Origin: an uncultured Burkholderiaceae bacterium
Lineage (GTDB): Bacteria > Pseudomonadota > Gammaproteobacteria > Burkholderiales > Burkholderiaceae_C
Length of the DNA stretch: 59,375 bases
Reading direction: 5' to 3'
Assembly: GCA_964551485.1 (NCBI GenBank)
Contig: CAZKDU010000001.1
Coordinates: forward strand, 1-59,375
The stretch's first letter is position 1. The number at the start of each line of letters is the position of its first letter. The notes under the pieces were generated by a model. The model saw only the letters and a program-made list of their open reading frames with translations, was not told the origin of the DNA and did not search any database. Below, one piece after another: positions 18,725-26,785 of the stretch. Made by a program: the position numbers and the translations under genes.

Positions 18725-21700
18725 GGCGCCTGATCCACTACGCGCTGCACCAGCCGCTGTTCATCGTGCTGGGCACGCTGCTGTTCGCGCTGGCCGGTGT
18801 CGTGGCCTTCAAGAATCTTTCGGTCGAGGCCTTCCCCGACGTCACCGACACCCAGGTCACGGTGATTGCGCTGTACCCGGGGCGCGCCGCTGAAGAGGTG
18901 GAGAAACAGGTCACGCTGCCCATCGAGGTGGCGCTGTCGGGACTGCCCAACTCGATCCGGGTGTTCTCGCACACCCAGTTCGGCCTGAGCTTCACCGTGG
19001 TCACCTACGACGACCGGGCCGACGTGAACCTGGTGCGCCAGCAAGTCGGTGAACGCCTGCGCGGCGTCGACCTGCCGGCCGGCGTGGAGGCCAGCATTGC
19101 GCCCAACGCCACCCCGGTGGGCGAGATCATGCGCTACCGCCTGCGCGGCGACGGCCTGTCCACCACCGAGCTGCGCAGCATCGAGGACTGGGTGGTCGAG
19201 CGTGCGCTGCGCCAGGTGCCCGGCGTGGCCGACGTGGTGGCCATGGGCGGCTTCATCAAGCAGTACGAGGTGCAGCCCGACCTGGAAAAACTGCGCGCCT
19301 TCAAGCTCACCTTCCAGAACCTGCTGGACGCGCTGGGCCGCGGCAACGCCAACGCCGGCGGCAGCTACGTGGCCCAGGGCGCGCAGCAGTACGCCATCCG
19401 CGGCATCGGCCTGCTGCGCTCGGCCGAGGACATTGGCCGCATCGTGGTCTCGGCCAGGGCCGGCACCCCCATCCTGATCCGCGACCTGGCCCAGGTCAAG
19501 GTGGGCGCGGTACCACGCCTGGGCACGGTTGGCCAGGACCAGGACGACGACGTCATCACCGGCATCGTGGTCATGCGCAAGGGCGAGAACCCGAGCGTGG
19601 TGCTCAAGGGCGTGAAGGACAAGATCGCCGAACTCAACGCGCGCGGCCTGCCCCGCGGCGTGCAGGTGGTGCCGTTCTACGACCGCACCTGGCTCATGGG
19701 CAAGACCCTGTCCACCGTGTTCAAGAACCTGGTCGAGGGCGCGCTGCTGGTGGCCCTGGTGCTGTACCTGTTCCTGTCCAACCTGCGTGCCAGCCTGGCC
19801 GTGGTGGTGGTGATCCCGCTGGCCCTGCTGGCCACCTTCCTGGGCCTGAAGGTCATGGGCGTTCCGGCCAACCTGCTGAGCCTGGGCGCGATGGACTTCG
19901 GCATCATCGTGGACGGCGCGGTGATCGTGATCGAGAACATCATGCACCGCCTGGCCGAGCGGCGCGAGAACCTGAGCGACGAGGAGCGGCGCGCCGTCAT
20001 CACCGACGCGGCCAGCGAGGTCGGGCGGCCCACGCTGTTCTCCATGCTCATCATCATCGCCGCGCACATCCCCATCTTTGCGCTGCAGCGCCACGAAGGC
20101 CGCATCTTCCAGCCCATGGCGCTGTCGGTCACCACCGCCCTGGTGGGCTCGCTGGTGTTCTCGCTGACCCTGGTGCCGCTGCTGGCCTCGTGGATGCTGC
20201 GCCGGCGCCTGCCGCACGGCGACAACCGCGTGGTGGGCGGCGCCAAGCGCCTGTACGCGCCGGTGCTGGACTGGGCCCTGGGCCACCGCCGCCAGGTGGT
20301 GGCGATCGCGCTGGCGGCCTTCGCCCTGGCCCTGGCTGCGGCCGCGCGCCTGGGCTCGGAGTTCCTGCCCGAACTCAACGAGGGCACCATCTGGGTCAAC
20401 GTGCGCCTGCCCGCCAGCGTCTCCAACAGCGAGGCCACGGCCATGCTGCGCCAGGTGCGCCAGGCCCTGCTGTCGGTGCCCGAGGTCCGCACCACCGTCT
20501 CCAAGGCCGGCCAGCCCGAGGACGGCACCGACCCCAAGACCATCAGCATGGCCGAGGTGTTCGTGGACCTGAAGCCACCCGAGCAGTGGCGCCCCGGCCT
20601 CACGCGCGAGCAGCTGATCGACCAGATGGACCGCGCGGTCTCGGCCCTGCCCGGCATGGAGCCGGCGTTCTCGCAGCCGATCCGCGACAACGTGCTGGAG
20701 TCGATCTCGCAGATCGACGGGCAGATCGTCATCAAGATCGCCGGCGACGACCTGACCGAGCTCAAGCGCACGGCCGAGGCCATCGAGCGCGAGGTCAAGC
20801 AGGTGCAGGGCGTGTACCGCGCCGAGATCGACCGCCTGGGCGAACTGCCGCAGCTGCTGATCGACATCGACCGCGACCGCGCGGCGCGCCTGGGCCTGAA
20901 CGTGGGCGACATCCAGGACGTGATCGAGGCCGCGCTGGCCGGCAAGGCCGCCACCAGCCTCTGGGAGGGCGAGCGCCGCTTTGCCGTGGCCGTGCGCCTG
21001 CCCGAGCACAAGCGCCTGATCAGCGCCTTGCCGCAGACCCTGATCCCCACGCCCGAGGGCGGCTACGTGGCACTGAGCAACGTGGCGGACATCCGCCAGA
21101 CCAGTGGCGCCATGAACATTGCCCGCGAGGCAGGGCGCCGCACCATGGCCATCGGCATCTTCATCAAGGGCCGCGACATGGGCTCGATCGTCGCCGACAT
21201 GAAAACACGCGTGGCCCAGCACGTGAAGTTGCCTGACAACTACGTGCTGAACTGGTCGGGCGAGTTCGAGAACCAGGAGCGTGCCATGCAGCGCCTGAGC
21301 GTCGTCGTGCCGATCTCGCTGCTGCTGATCTTCGTGCTGCTGTTCGACGCCTTCAAGTCGTTCAAGACCGCCGCGCTGGTCCTGGTCAACGTGCCGCTGG
21401 CATTGATCGGTGGCTTCGTCGCGCTGTGGGTGTTCGGCATCCCGCTGTCGGTGTCGGCGGCCATCGGCTTCATTGCGCTCAGCGGCCAGGCGGTGCTCAA
21501 TGGCGTGGTCATGCTCTCGGTGTTCCAGCAGCTGCGCGAACAGGGCCTGGGCGTGGTCGAGGCGGTGCGCCAGGGCTCCATGCAGCGCCTGCGCACCGTG
21601 CTCATGACCGCGTTGCTCGCCGCCCTGGGTCTGCTGCCGATGGCGCTGTCGCACGACATCGGCTCGGAAACCCAGCGCCCGCTGGCCATCGTGGTGATTG

Positions 21701-21807
21701 GCGGCTTGGTCACCGCCACCCTGCTGACGCTGGTGGTGCTGCCCGTGCTCTACGTGGCCTGGTTCTCGCGCCAGGACGACCACCCACCCGCTGGGCAAGG
21801 GGCCTGA
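18721..21807 (+). CDS. CusA/CzcA-family heavy-metal efflux RND permease
   Basis: 1028 aa. MRRLIHYALHQPLFIVLGTLLFALAGVVAFKNLSVEAFPDVTDTQVTVIALYPGRAAEEVEKQVTLPIE... Confidence 0.93.
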   Translation: MRRLIHYALHQPLFIVLGTLLFALAGVVAFKNLSVEAFPDVTDTQVTVIALYPGRAAEEVEKQVTLPIEVALSGLPNSIRVFSHTQFGLSFTVVTYDDRADVNLVRQQVGERLRGVDLPAGVEASIAPNATPVGEIMRYRLRGDGLSTTELRSIEDWVVERALRQVPGVADVVAMGGFIKQYEVQPDLEKLRAFKLTFQNLLDALGRGNANAGGSYVAQGAQQYAIRGIGLLRSAEDIGRIVVSARAGTPILIRDLAQVKVGAVPRLGTVGQDQDDDVITGIVVMRKGENPSVVLKGVKDKIAELNARGLPRGVQVVPFYDRTWLMGKTLSTVFKNLVEGALLVALVLYLFLSNLRASLAVVVVIPLALLATFLGLKVMGVPANLLSLGAMDFGIIVDGAVIVIENIMHRLAERRENLSDEERRAVITDAASEVGRPTLFSMLIIIAAHIPIFALQRHEGRIFQPMALSVTTALVGSLVFSLTLVPLLASWMLRRRLPHGDNRVVGGAKRLYAPVLDWALGHRRQVVAIALAAFALALAAAARLGSEFLPELNEGTIWVNVRLPASVSNSEATAMLRQVRQALLSVPEVRTTVSKAGQPEDGTDPKTISMAEVFVDLKPPEQWRPGLTREQLIDQMDRAVSALPGMEPAFSQPIRDNVLESISQIDGQIVIKIAGDDLTELKRTAEAIEREVKQVQGVYRAEIDRLGELPQLLIDIDRDRAARLGLNVGDIQDVIEAALAGKAATSLWEGERRFAVAVRLPEHKRLISALPQTLIPTPEGGYVALSNVADIRQTSGAMNIAREAGRRTMAIGIFIKGRDMGSIVADMKTRVAQHVKLPDNYVLNWSGEFENQERAMQRLSVVVPISLLLIFVLLFDAFKSFKTAALVLVNVPLALIGGFVALWVFGIPLSVSAAIGFIALSGQAVLNGVVMLSVFQQLREQGLGVVEAVRQGSMQRLRTVLMTALLAALGLLPMALSHDIGSETQRPLAIVVIGGLVTATLLTLVVLPVLYVAWFSRQDDHPPAGQGA

Positions 21808-21810
21808 CCC

Positions 21811-23156
21811 ATGCAACGCGCCGACCACCCCCTGCTGCCCAGGGTCACGGCGTTTGCCCTGGCCGCCGTGGCCCTCTGGTGCCTGTCGGCGGCATGGGTC
21901 AACAGCGGCCAGTTCGGCGACAGCGTGGAGCAGTTCGTCTGGGCCCACAGCCTGGAGTGGGGCTACTGGAAGCACCCGCCCCTGCCCACCTGGCTGCTGG
22001 CCGCGCTGGTCCGCGGCATAGGCTTCTGGCCTTATTGGACCTACGTGCTCGCGGCCCTGTGTTTTGCCCTGACCCTGGTCGTCACGGGCCGCATTGCCAC
22101 GCGCCTGGGCGGGCCACGCGCCGGCGCCCTGACCGTGCTGCTGCTCGGGCTGCACCTGGGGTTTTCCTGGCGCGCCCAGCTCTACAACCACAACACCGTG
22201 CTGCTGCCGCTGTGTGCGCTGACCGTCTGGGCCACGCTGCAGGCGCTGGACCGCCAGCGCCTGCGCGACTGGCTGCTGGCCGGCCTCTGGGCGGGGCTGG
22301 CCATGCTTGCCAAGTACCAGGCCCTGCTGCACCTGGTGGGCATCCTGGTGGCTTTGGCCGCCAGCGGGGCCTGGCGCCAGCCACGCGTGCGCACCGGTGT
22401 GCTGCTGGCCCTGGCCACGGCTTTGCTGGTGTTCAGCCCGCACCTGCTCCACCTGCTGAACGCACCCGGCTCGCCGCTGCGCTACTCGATGCATGCGGCC
22501 CAGGGGTTGGCACTGACCGACGGGCTGCGCACGCTGCTGGGCTACTGGGTCAACGCCCTGAGGGTGCACCTGCCTGTGCTGGCCGCCATGGCACTGCTGG
22601 TGCTGTTCACACAGCCGCCATCCCAAATTGACAGAAGGCTGCGGCCTTTGCCCATGGGCAGGCCGAGCGCCGTGCCTGGCTGTTGGGCCTGGTGGTCTGG
22701 CCGGTGCTGGCCCTGAGCCTGATGGCGCTGCTCGGCGGGGTGCGCCTGCAGGCCCATTGGGGCCTGTCGGCGTTCCAGTTCCTGGTGGTGTTCCTGGCCT
22801 GCCGGCTGTCGGTGCGTGTGCCAGACCTGCGCTGGCAAGAGCTGTTGGCCACTGGCCTGGCCGTGCACCTGGCGCTGGCCGGTTTCTTTGCCTGGTCACA
22901 CAGCAGCAAAACCCCCACCGGCAGCCAGCTCGACCGCGCTTACCCTGCGCGTGAACTGGCACAAGCGGTGGCCCAGGACTGGGCCCGCGCCACCGCCTGT
23001 CCCCTGGCCGTGATCTCGGGGCCCATGTTCGAGGCCGGCCTGGTGTCCCTGCACACCGGCTACCCGCCCGTGGTGGAAGACCACAACCTTGCCAAATCCC
23101 CGTGGGTCGCCCCCGCCGACCTGCAGCGCCTGGGTGAAGCGCGCCGCGATATTTGA
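21811..23156 (+). pseudogene. glycosyltransferase family 39 (ArnT/PMT-like) membrane protein, split by a frameshift near 22630
   Basis: Two ORFs (21811..22716 and 22683..23156) read as one polytopic GT39-like protein. Upstream of 22683 the second frame is open back to the TGA at 22629-22631 (QKAAAFAHGQAERRAWLLGLVVWPV...). The first frame turns into a non-membrane tail (...RRLRPLPMGRPSAVPGCWAWW) after about 22630. Confidence 0.6.
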
Positions 23157-23167
23157 CGCGGGCACGG

Positions 23168-23180
23168 TGAGATAAATGGG
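23168..23180. repeat. candidate prophage terminus (tail/dam side), 5'-TG...
   Basis: TGAGATAAATGGG matches 11 of 13 positions with the reverse complement of 56784-56796. It lies 12 nt after the GT39 stop codon. Confidence 0.5.
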
Positions 23181-23227
23181 TTAGCGCGCATATTACGCTG
23201 TACGAAACGTAATTCCGCGTCAGGAAA

Positions 23228-23437
23228 TCAGCTCCGGCCGGCAGCCACCGCCACAAGCTCCACCCCCCGCTTGATCACCTGCAGCGTGTCATGCAGCTTG
23301 CCCGGCTTGCAGCCTGCGGTAGCGGCCGCCAGGGGCCTGGCCAGGCCGTCGACCAGGTGCAGCCTAGCTGCCTCACGCTGAGGGCCGTCGCGCAGGCGCA
23401 GCAGGGTGGCCAGGGCCTCGAATTGCTCCGCCGTCAT
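23228..23437 (-). CDS. small HTH DNA-binding protein (KorA/TrfB-like, recalled)
   Basis: ATG at 23437 overlaps the upstream stop (ATGA). MTAEQFEALATLLRLRDGPQREAARLHLVDGLARPLAAATAGCKPGKLHDTLQVIKRG resembles sigma-70 region-4-like HTH proteins. Confidence 0.55.
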   Translation of the reverse strand: MTAEQFEALATLLRLRDGPQREAARLHLVDGLARPLAAATAGCKPGKLHDTLQVIKRGVELVAVAAGRS

Positions 23438-23679
23438 GGATTGCGCTGGTGCCACTCCAGCGCCTCCTTGTTGAGACGAATCAGCCGCTGAGCCAGGTCG
23501 TGCAGCGGCACACCGCGCGCCAGCTCGTGGCCCTGGAATGCGTCCAGCGTGGACTTGTCGGCCAGGATGTCGGTGTACCCGTTGCCCCGCACCACGTCGA
23601 AGCGCAGGCCGCTGATGTGGACCAGGCTGGCACCGTCGCGGCGCCAGGCCTTGTGCCAGTTGTGGTGCTTGCCGGTCAT
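23434..23679 (-). CDS. hypothetical phage protein (81 aa)
   Basis: ORF track. 4-nt overlaps with both neighbours. Balanced composition. Confidence 0.55.
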   Translation of the reverse strand: MTGKHHNWHKAWRRDGASLVHISGLRFDVVRGNGYTDILADKSTLDAFQGHELARGVPLHDLAQRLIRLNKEALEWHQRNP

Positions 23680-23978
23680 GCGCGCCCCGGTTGGTGGCTG
23701 TACCCGCCGCCGCGCTCGTCTTCCAGGCGCGCCTCGGCGATCAGCTCCTCTTGCACCGGGTCAGGTGCCCCGCCCTCGGCCAGGTGCGCGCGGTACCAGG
23801 TGGTGAGCAGCCCGGCGATGGCGTCCTCGGTGCTCAGGGCGTTGGCCGACAGGCCGCTGGCCTCGCGCACGCGCTCGATGACGGCGGTATCGAAGCTCAC
23901 GCCCCCGTCAGCGTCGCGCGAGAGCTTGAGGTCGGCATAGGTCAAGCCGTCCGGGATGGTGATGGCGACCTTGCTCAT
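23676..23978 (-). CDS. hypothetical phage protein (100 aa)
   Basis: ORF track. 4-nt overlaps with both neighbours. Confidence 0.55.
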   Translation of the reverse strand: MSKVAITIPDGLTYADLKLSRDADGGVSFDTAVIERVREASGLSANALSTEDAIAGLLTTWYRAHLAEGGAPDPVQEELIAEARLEDERGGGYSHQPGRA

Positions 23979-24223
23979 GGCTTGACCTCGATGCCGGCAG
24001 GCAGCGGCTGGTAGGGAGCGGTGGCCACGCCGGTGATGGGGTCGCGCATGGGCCGGTTGTCCGGGTTGGCACGGGCCACGGCCTGCGCCTGGTGCATGGT
24101 GAGCTTGCCGTCCAGGCCGGCGTACAGCTCCGCGCCGTCGAGGGTGCGCAGCCGTGCGGCCCAGTTGCCATTGTGGCCGCCGCCGTAGAGGCGCACGGTG
24201 GTGATTGACTTGACATTGCTCAT
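23975..24223 (-). CDS. hypothetical phage protein (82 aa)
   Basis: ORF trimmed to the ATG at 24223 (MSNVKSITTVRLYGGG...), preceded by GGAGAC. Confidence 0.55.
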   Translation of the reverse strand: MSNVKSITTVRLYGGGHNGNWAARLRTLDGAELYAGLDGKLTMHQAQAVARANPDNRPMRDPITGVATAPYQPLPAGIEVKP

Positions 24224-24315
24224 GATGGTCTCCAGAGAGAGCCGCCTGCCGGGCGGCGTCGGGGTGCGGCTTGATGCCACTCCACTGCCCTGGCTCGCAG
24301 GGCAGCAGGGTGGGA

Positions 24316-24534
24316 TCAGGCCTGCTGGATATCCTTCACGGCGTCCTCTGCCGACGTGTAGCCATCGTCCCATCCGTGAAGCCCGCCATCGGCGCTGACA
24401 AAGACGACGTACCAGAGACCGTCGCGCGGGTCGATGGCCACGGCAGTATCACCGGGAGAGCATTGATTATTCAGGGTCTCGTGCTCGTCGAGCACGACGA
24501 TGTCGCCGGACTGGTGGGGTATGCGCTTTGCCAT
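24316..24534 (-). CDS. hypothetical phage protein (72 aa), first gene of the end operon
   Basis: ORF track. GAGGAG upstream of the ATG. Sits about 60 nt downstream of a near-consensus promoter. Confidence 0.55.
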   Translation of the reverse strand: MAKRIPHQSGDIVVLDEHETLNNQCSPGDTAVAIDPRDGLWYVVFVSADGGLHGWDDGYTSAEDAVKDIQQA

Positions 24535-24603
24535 TTCAATCTCCTCGGAGAGCCCGGAGCCGCCGGGCGTCGGTGGCGATCAATTGCGATCACCATGGTC
24601 CGA

Positions 24604-24631
24604 ATAATACCCGCTTATGCGGGTATGTCAA
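24604..24631 (-). promoter_or_regulatory. near-consensus sigma70 promoter with a palindromic operator in the spacer
   Basis: Minus strand: TTGACA (24631-24626), 16-nt spacer, TATTAT (24609-24604). The 18-bp perfect inverted repeat TACCCGC-ATAA-GCGGGTA (24625-24608) fills the spacer. An A-tract lies upstream. Two GATC sites 10 bp apart (24578-24581, 24588-24591) lie in the leader. Confidence 0.6.
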
Positions 24632-24649
24632 CGACTTTTTGTCGCTATC

Positions 24650-25441
24650 TCAGAAAAGCCCCGCCGGCTCCGCACCCCGGTCCCAGTTGTAGATGATCAC
24701 CTCCCCGCGCTCCACCCGGTTGGCACCTCCGCCCACCGTGTAGTCCAGCGTCAGGCCCTCGATGTCAAAGCCCTCGAAGCACCGCCGAATGTCCGGGTGG
24801 TCATTGAGACTCACGATGGCCTTGCCCTTGATGCCCCGCAGCAGCTGGGCCATGCGCTCGTACTCGGCCCACTCAAACGGCACCCCATAGCCCTCGGTCT
24901 GCCAGTAAGGCGGGTCCAGGTAGAAAAGCGTGTGCGGCCGGTCATAGCGCTCGATGCAGGCCGCCCAGTCCAGCTGCTCGATGTACGTCCCGCCGGCCAG
25001 GCGCAGGTGCGCAGCGCTCAGGTTTTCTTCGATCCGCAGCAGGTTGATCGCCGGCGCCGTGGTGGCCGTGCCGAAAGTCTGCCCCTGCACCTTGCCGCCG
25101 AATGTTTGCTGCTGCAGGTAGAAGAAGCGCGCCGCGCGCTGAATGTCCGTCAGAGTCTCCGGCCGCGTCATCTTCATCCACTCGAAGACCTGGCGGCTGG
25201 TCAGGGCCCACTTGAACTGCCTCACAAACTCCTCCAGGTGGTGGCACACCACCCGGTAGAGATTGACCAGCTCGCCGTTCACGTCGTTGAGCACCTCCAC
25301 CTCAGCCGGGTGGCGGGCAAAGTACACCGCGGCGCCGCCCGCAAAGACCTCGCAGTAGCACGTGTGGGGCGGGAAGCGGCTGAGCAGCAGCTCTACGAGG
25401 CGGCGCTTGCCGCCGATCCAGGGGACGATGGGTGTTGCCAT
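24650..25441 (-). CDS. DNA N6-adenine methyltransferase (D12 class, Dam-like), no cognate endonuclease nearby
   Basis: MATPIVPWIGGKRRLVELLL...EVFAGGAAVYF...LFYLDPPYW (motif I FxGxG and motif IV DPPY). Confidence 0.92.
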   Translation of the reverse strand: MATPIVPWIGGKRRLVELLLSRFPPHTCYCEVFAGGAAVYFARHPAEVEVLNDVNGELVNLYRVVCHHLEEFVRQFKWALTSRQVFEWMKMTRPETLTDIQRAARFFYLQQQTFGGKVQGQTFGTATTAPAINLLRIEENLSAAHLRLAGGTYIEQLDWAACIERYDRPHTLFYLDPPYWQTEGYGVPFEWAEYERMAQLLRGIKGKAIVSLNDHPDIRRCFEGFDIEGLTLDYTVGGGANRVERGEVIIYNWDRGAEPAGLF

Positions 25442-25597
25442 GGTGCAAGCCTTTTCGTGTCAGGAAAGTGATGTAGGCTTCGCCCGCTCTCGCGAGAGTG
25501 GCGGGTCTTCGCCTGGCTTGCAGCTAGTCCTGCAGGTTGGGGGCTTGGCCAGGTGCTCCAACACCTGACCAGGTCGCCCGTCTTTTTTTCGTGGGCG

Positions 25598-26515
25598 TTA
25601 GTTGAGCAGCTCCGACTCAATGTACGCGCCCGCCTTCGCCGTGATCGCCGAGTTGGCAATCTCGGAAGCAAAGCGCACCACCACCGTGCCATTCGCTGCG
25701 GCAGTCAGCGTGCCCTCGATCACCGCGTTGTTGCCTGTGGTGAGCGACGTGGCGTTGGCTGCGGCCGGGCTGTCGTAGGCCGCCACGTGGTTGGTGGTCT
25801 CGGTTGTGGCGGTCAGGGTGTACTGGCTCTTGTAAGACAGCGCCGAGGTGGCTGGCCCGTTGATGGCCCAGCGGCTGCCCGTGGTGGTGGCGGCCGAGGT
25901 GTACGGGATGACCGCCTTGAAGCGGTAGCTCTTGCCAGCCGTGACTGCAAAGCTCAGGCCCGTCACATCGGCCATGGTGTTGGCCGTGGCGTTGTTGTTG
26001 GTCACGTCAGCGGCCAGCATCACCACTTTTCTGGGGCTGTCGAGCAGCAGCGCCCAGTCCGATGGCGACGTGAGGGGGTCGGCGTTGGTGTTGTCACGCA
26101 GCGCGCCGTAGGCGGCCCCGTTGCGAGAGGTCACGTCGTTGGTGGTGTAGGTCGCAGCCGAGCTCCAGGCGCCCTTGGCGCTGAAACCCTTGGCCACCGT
26201 GGTGGCCGAGCTGTAGATGGACGACAGCAGGTTCACCGAGCCCGCGGCGCTGCACAGCGCCTCCACACGGTCACCGGGCTGGAGGTTGATGGGCTTGGGG
26301 TAGGCATACACCTCCCCAGCCGCCAAGGTCCGCCCGCTGACCACCGCCACAGTGGTGGCCAGGGCGGCGTTGAAGACGTTGACCGTCAACGTCACAGGGC
26401 TGCCGCTGTAGTTGTGGGCCACCAGGCCATGCACAGAGGCCTCCACCCCCACGCCCGCCTGGTACACGGTTTGTGCGCTGGTCGCCAGACCCAGCGGCTT
26501 GTTTGTCAGTGCCAT
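25598..26515 (-). CDS. putative distal tail fibre / receptor-binding protein
   Basis: 305 aa, Ser/Thr/Ala/Asn-rich and beta-rich. Last structural gene after the fibre and its chaperone. The call rests on position and composition only. Confidence 0.5.
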   Translation of the reverse strand: MALTNKPLGLATSAQTVYQAGVGVEASVHGLVAHNYSGSPVTLTVNVFNAALATTVAVVSGRTLAAGEVYAYPKPINLQPGDRVEALCSAAGSVNLLSSIYSSATTVAKGFSAKGAWSSAATYTTNDVTSRNGAAYGALRDNTNADPLTSPSDWALLLDSPRKVVMLAADVTNNNATANTMADVTGLSFAVTAGKSYRFKAVIPYTSAATTTGSRWAINGPATSALSYKSQYTLTATTETTNHVAAYDSPAAANATSLTTGNNAVIEGTLTAAANGTVVVRFASEIANSAITAKAGAYIESELLN

Positions 26516-26518
26516 CTG

Positions 26519-26785
26519 TTACTCCTCGGTGCTGATGTTGGGTGGCATTGGCCAGGTGATTTCGGTAGGGAACCCTGGCTGCGCCGAAATGTCTCGCAGC
26601 GCCTGGCGGTAGCCCGCCCAGGCCTGGGCCACCGGCTCGGCAATGTCGCGGCCCTGGGTCCAGTCGCAGGCGGCGATGAGCGCGTTGCGCCGTGTGCGTG
26701 CGCGGTGGGCCTGCTGCGCCAGGTCGATGGGTGGCGCCGGCATCTCGGTGCACACGCCCGTGGTGATGTCAATGACCAGGTTCAC
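26519..26785 (-). CDS. tail fibre assembly/chaperone-like protein (DUF4376-like)
   Basis: GTG at 26785 overlaps the fibre stop (GTGA), with GGAGGA 7 nt upstream. ...RRNALIAACDWTQGRDIAEPVAQAWAGYRQALRDISAQPGFPTEITWP matches the recalled DUF4376 signature. Confidence 0.6.
   Translation of the reverse strand: MNLVIDITTGVCTEMPAPPIDLAQQAHRARTRRNALIAACDWTQGRDIAEPVAQAWAGYRQALRDISAQPGFPTEITWPMPPNISTEE

Noticed and set aside
23149-23200. Search for a 5-bp target-site duplication using every TG on the left (23154, 23168, 23177, 23199) against every CA on the right (56690-56851).
   Set aside because: No pair of flanking pentamers matched. The absence is reported as an observation rather than forcing a boundary.
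25487-25498. 12-bp palindrome CTCTCGCGAGAG upstream of the methylase gene as a regulatory site.
   Set aside because: Short GC-rich palindromes are frequent in this genome, and no repeat partner or promoter elements could be aligned to it. It is mentioned only as context.
25571-25600. Possible terminator after the 305-aa fibre-like gene (CGCCC ... A7 ... GGGCG).
   Set aside because: The stem is only 5 bp with a 13-nt loop and no trailing U-tract on the transcribed strand.
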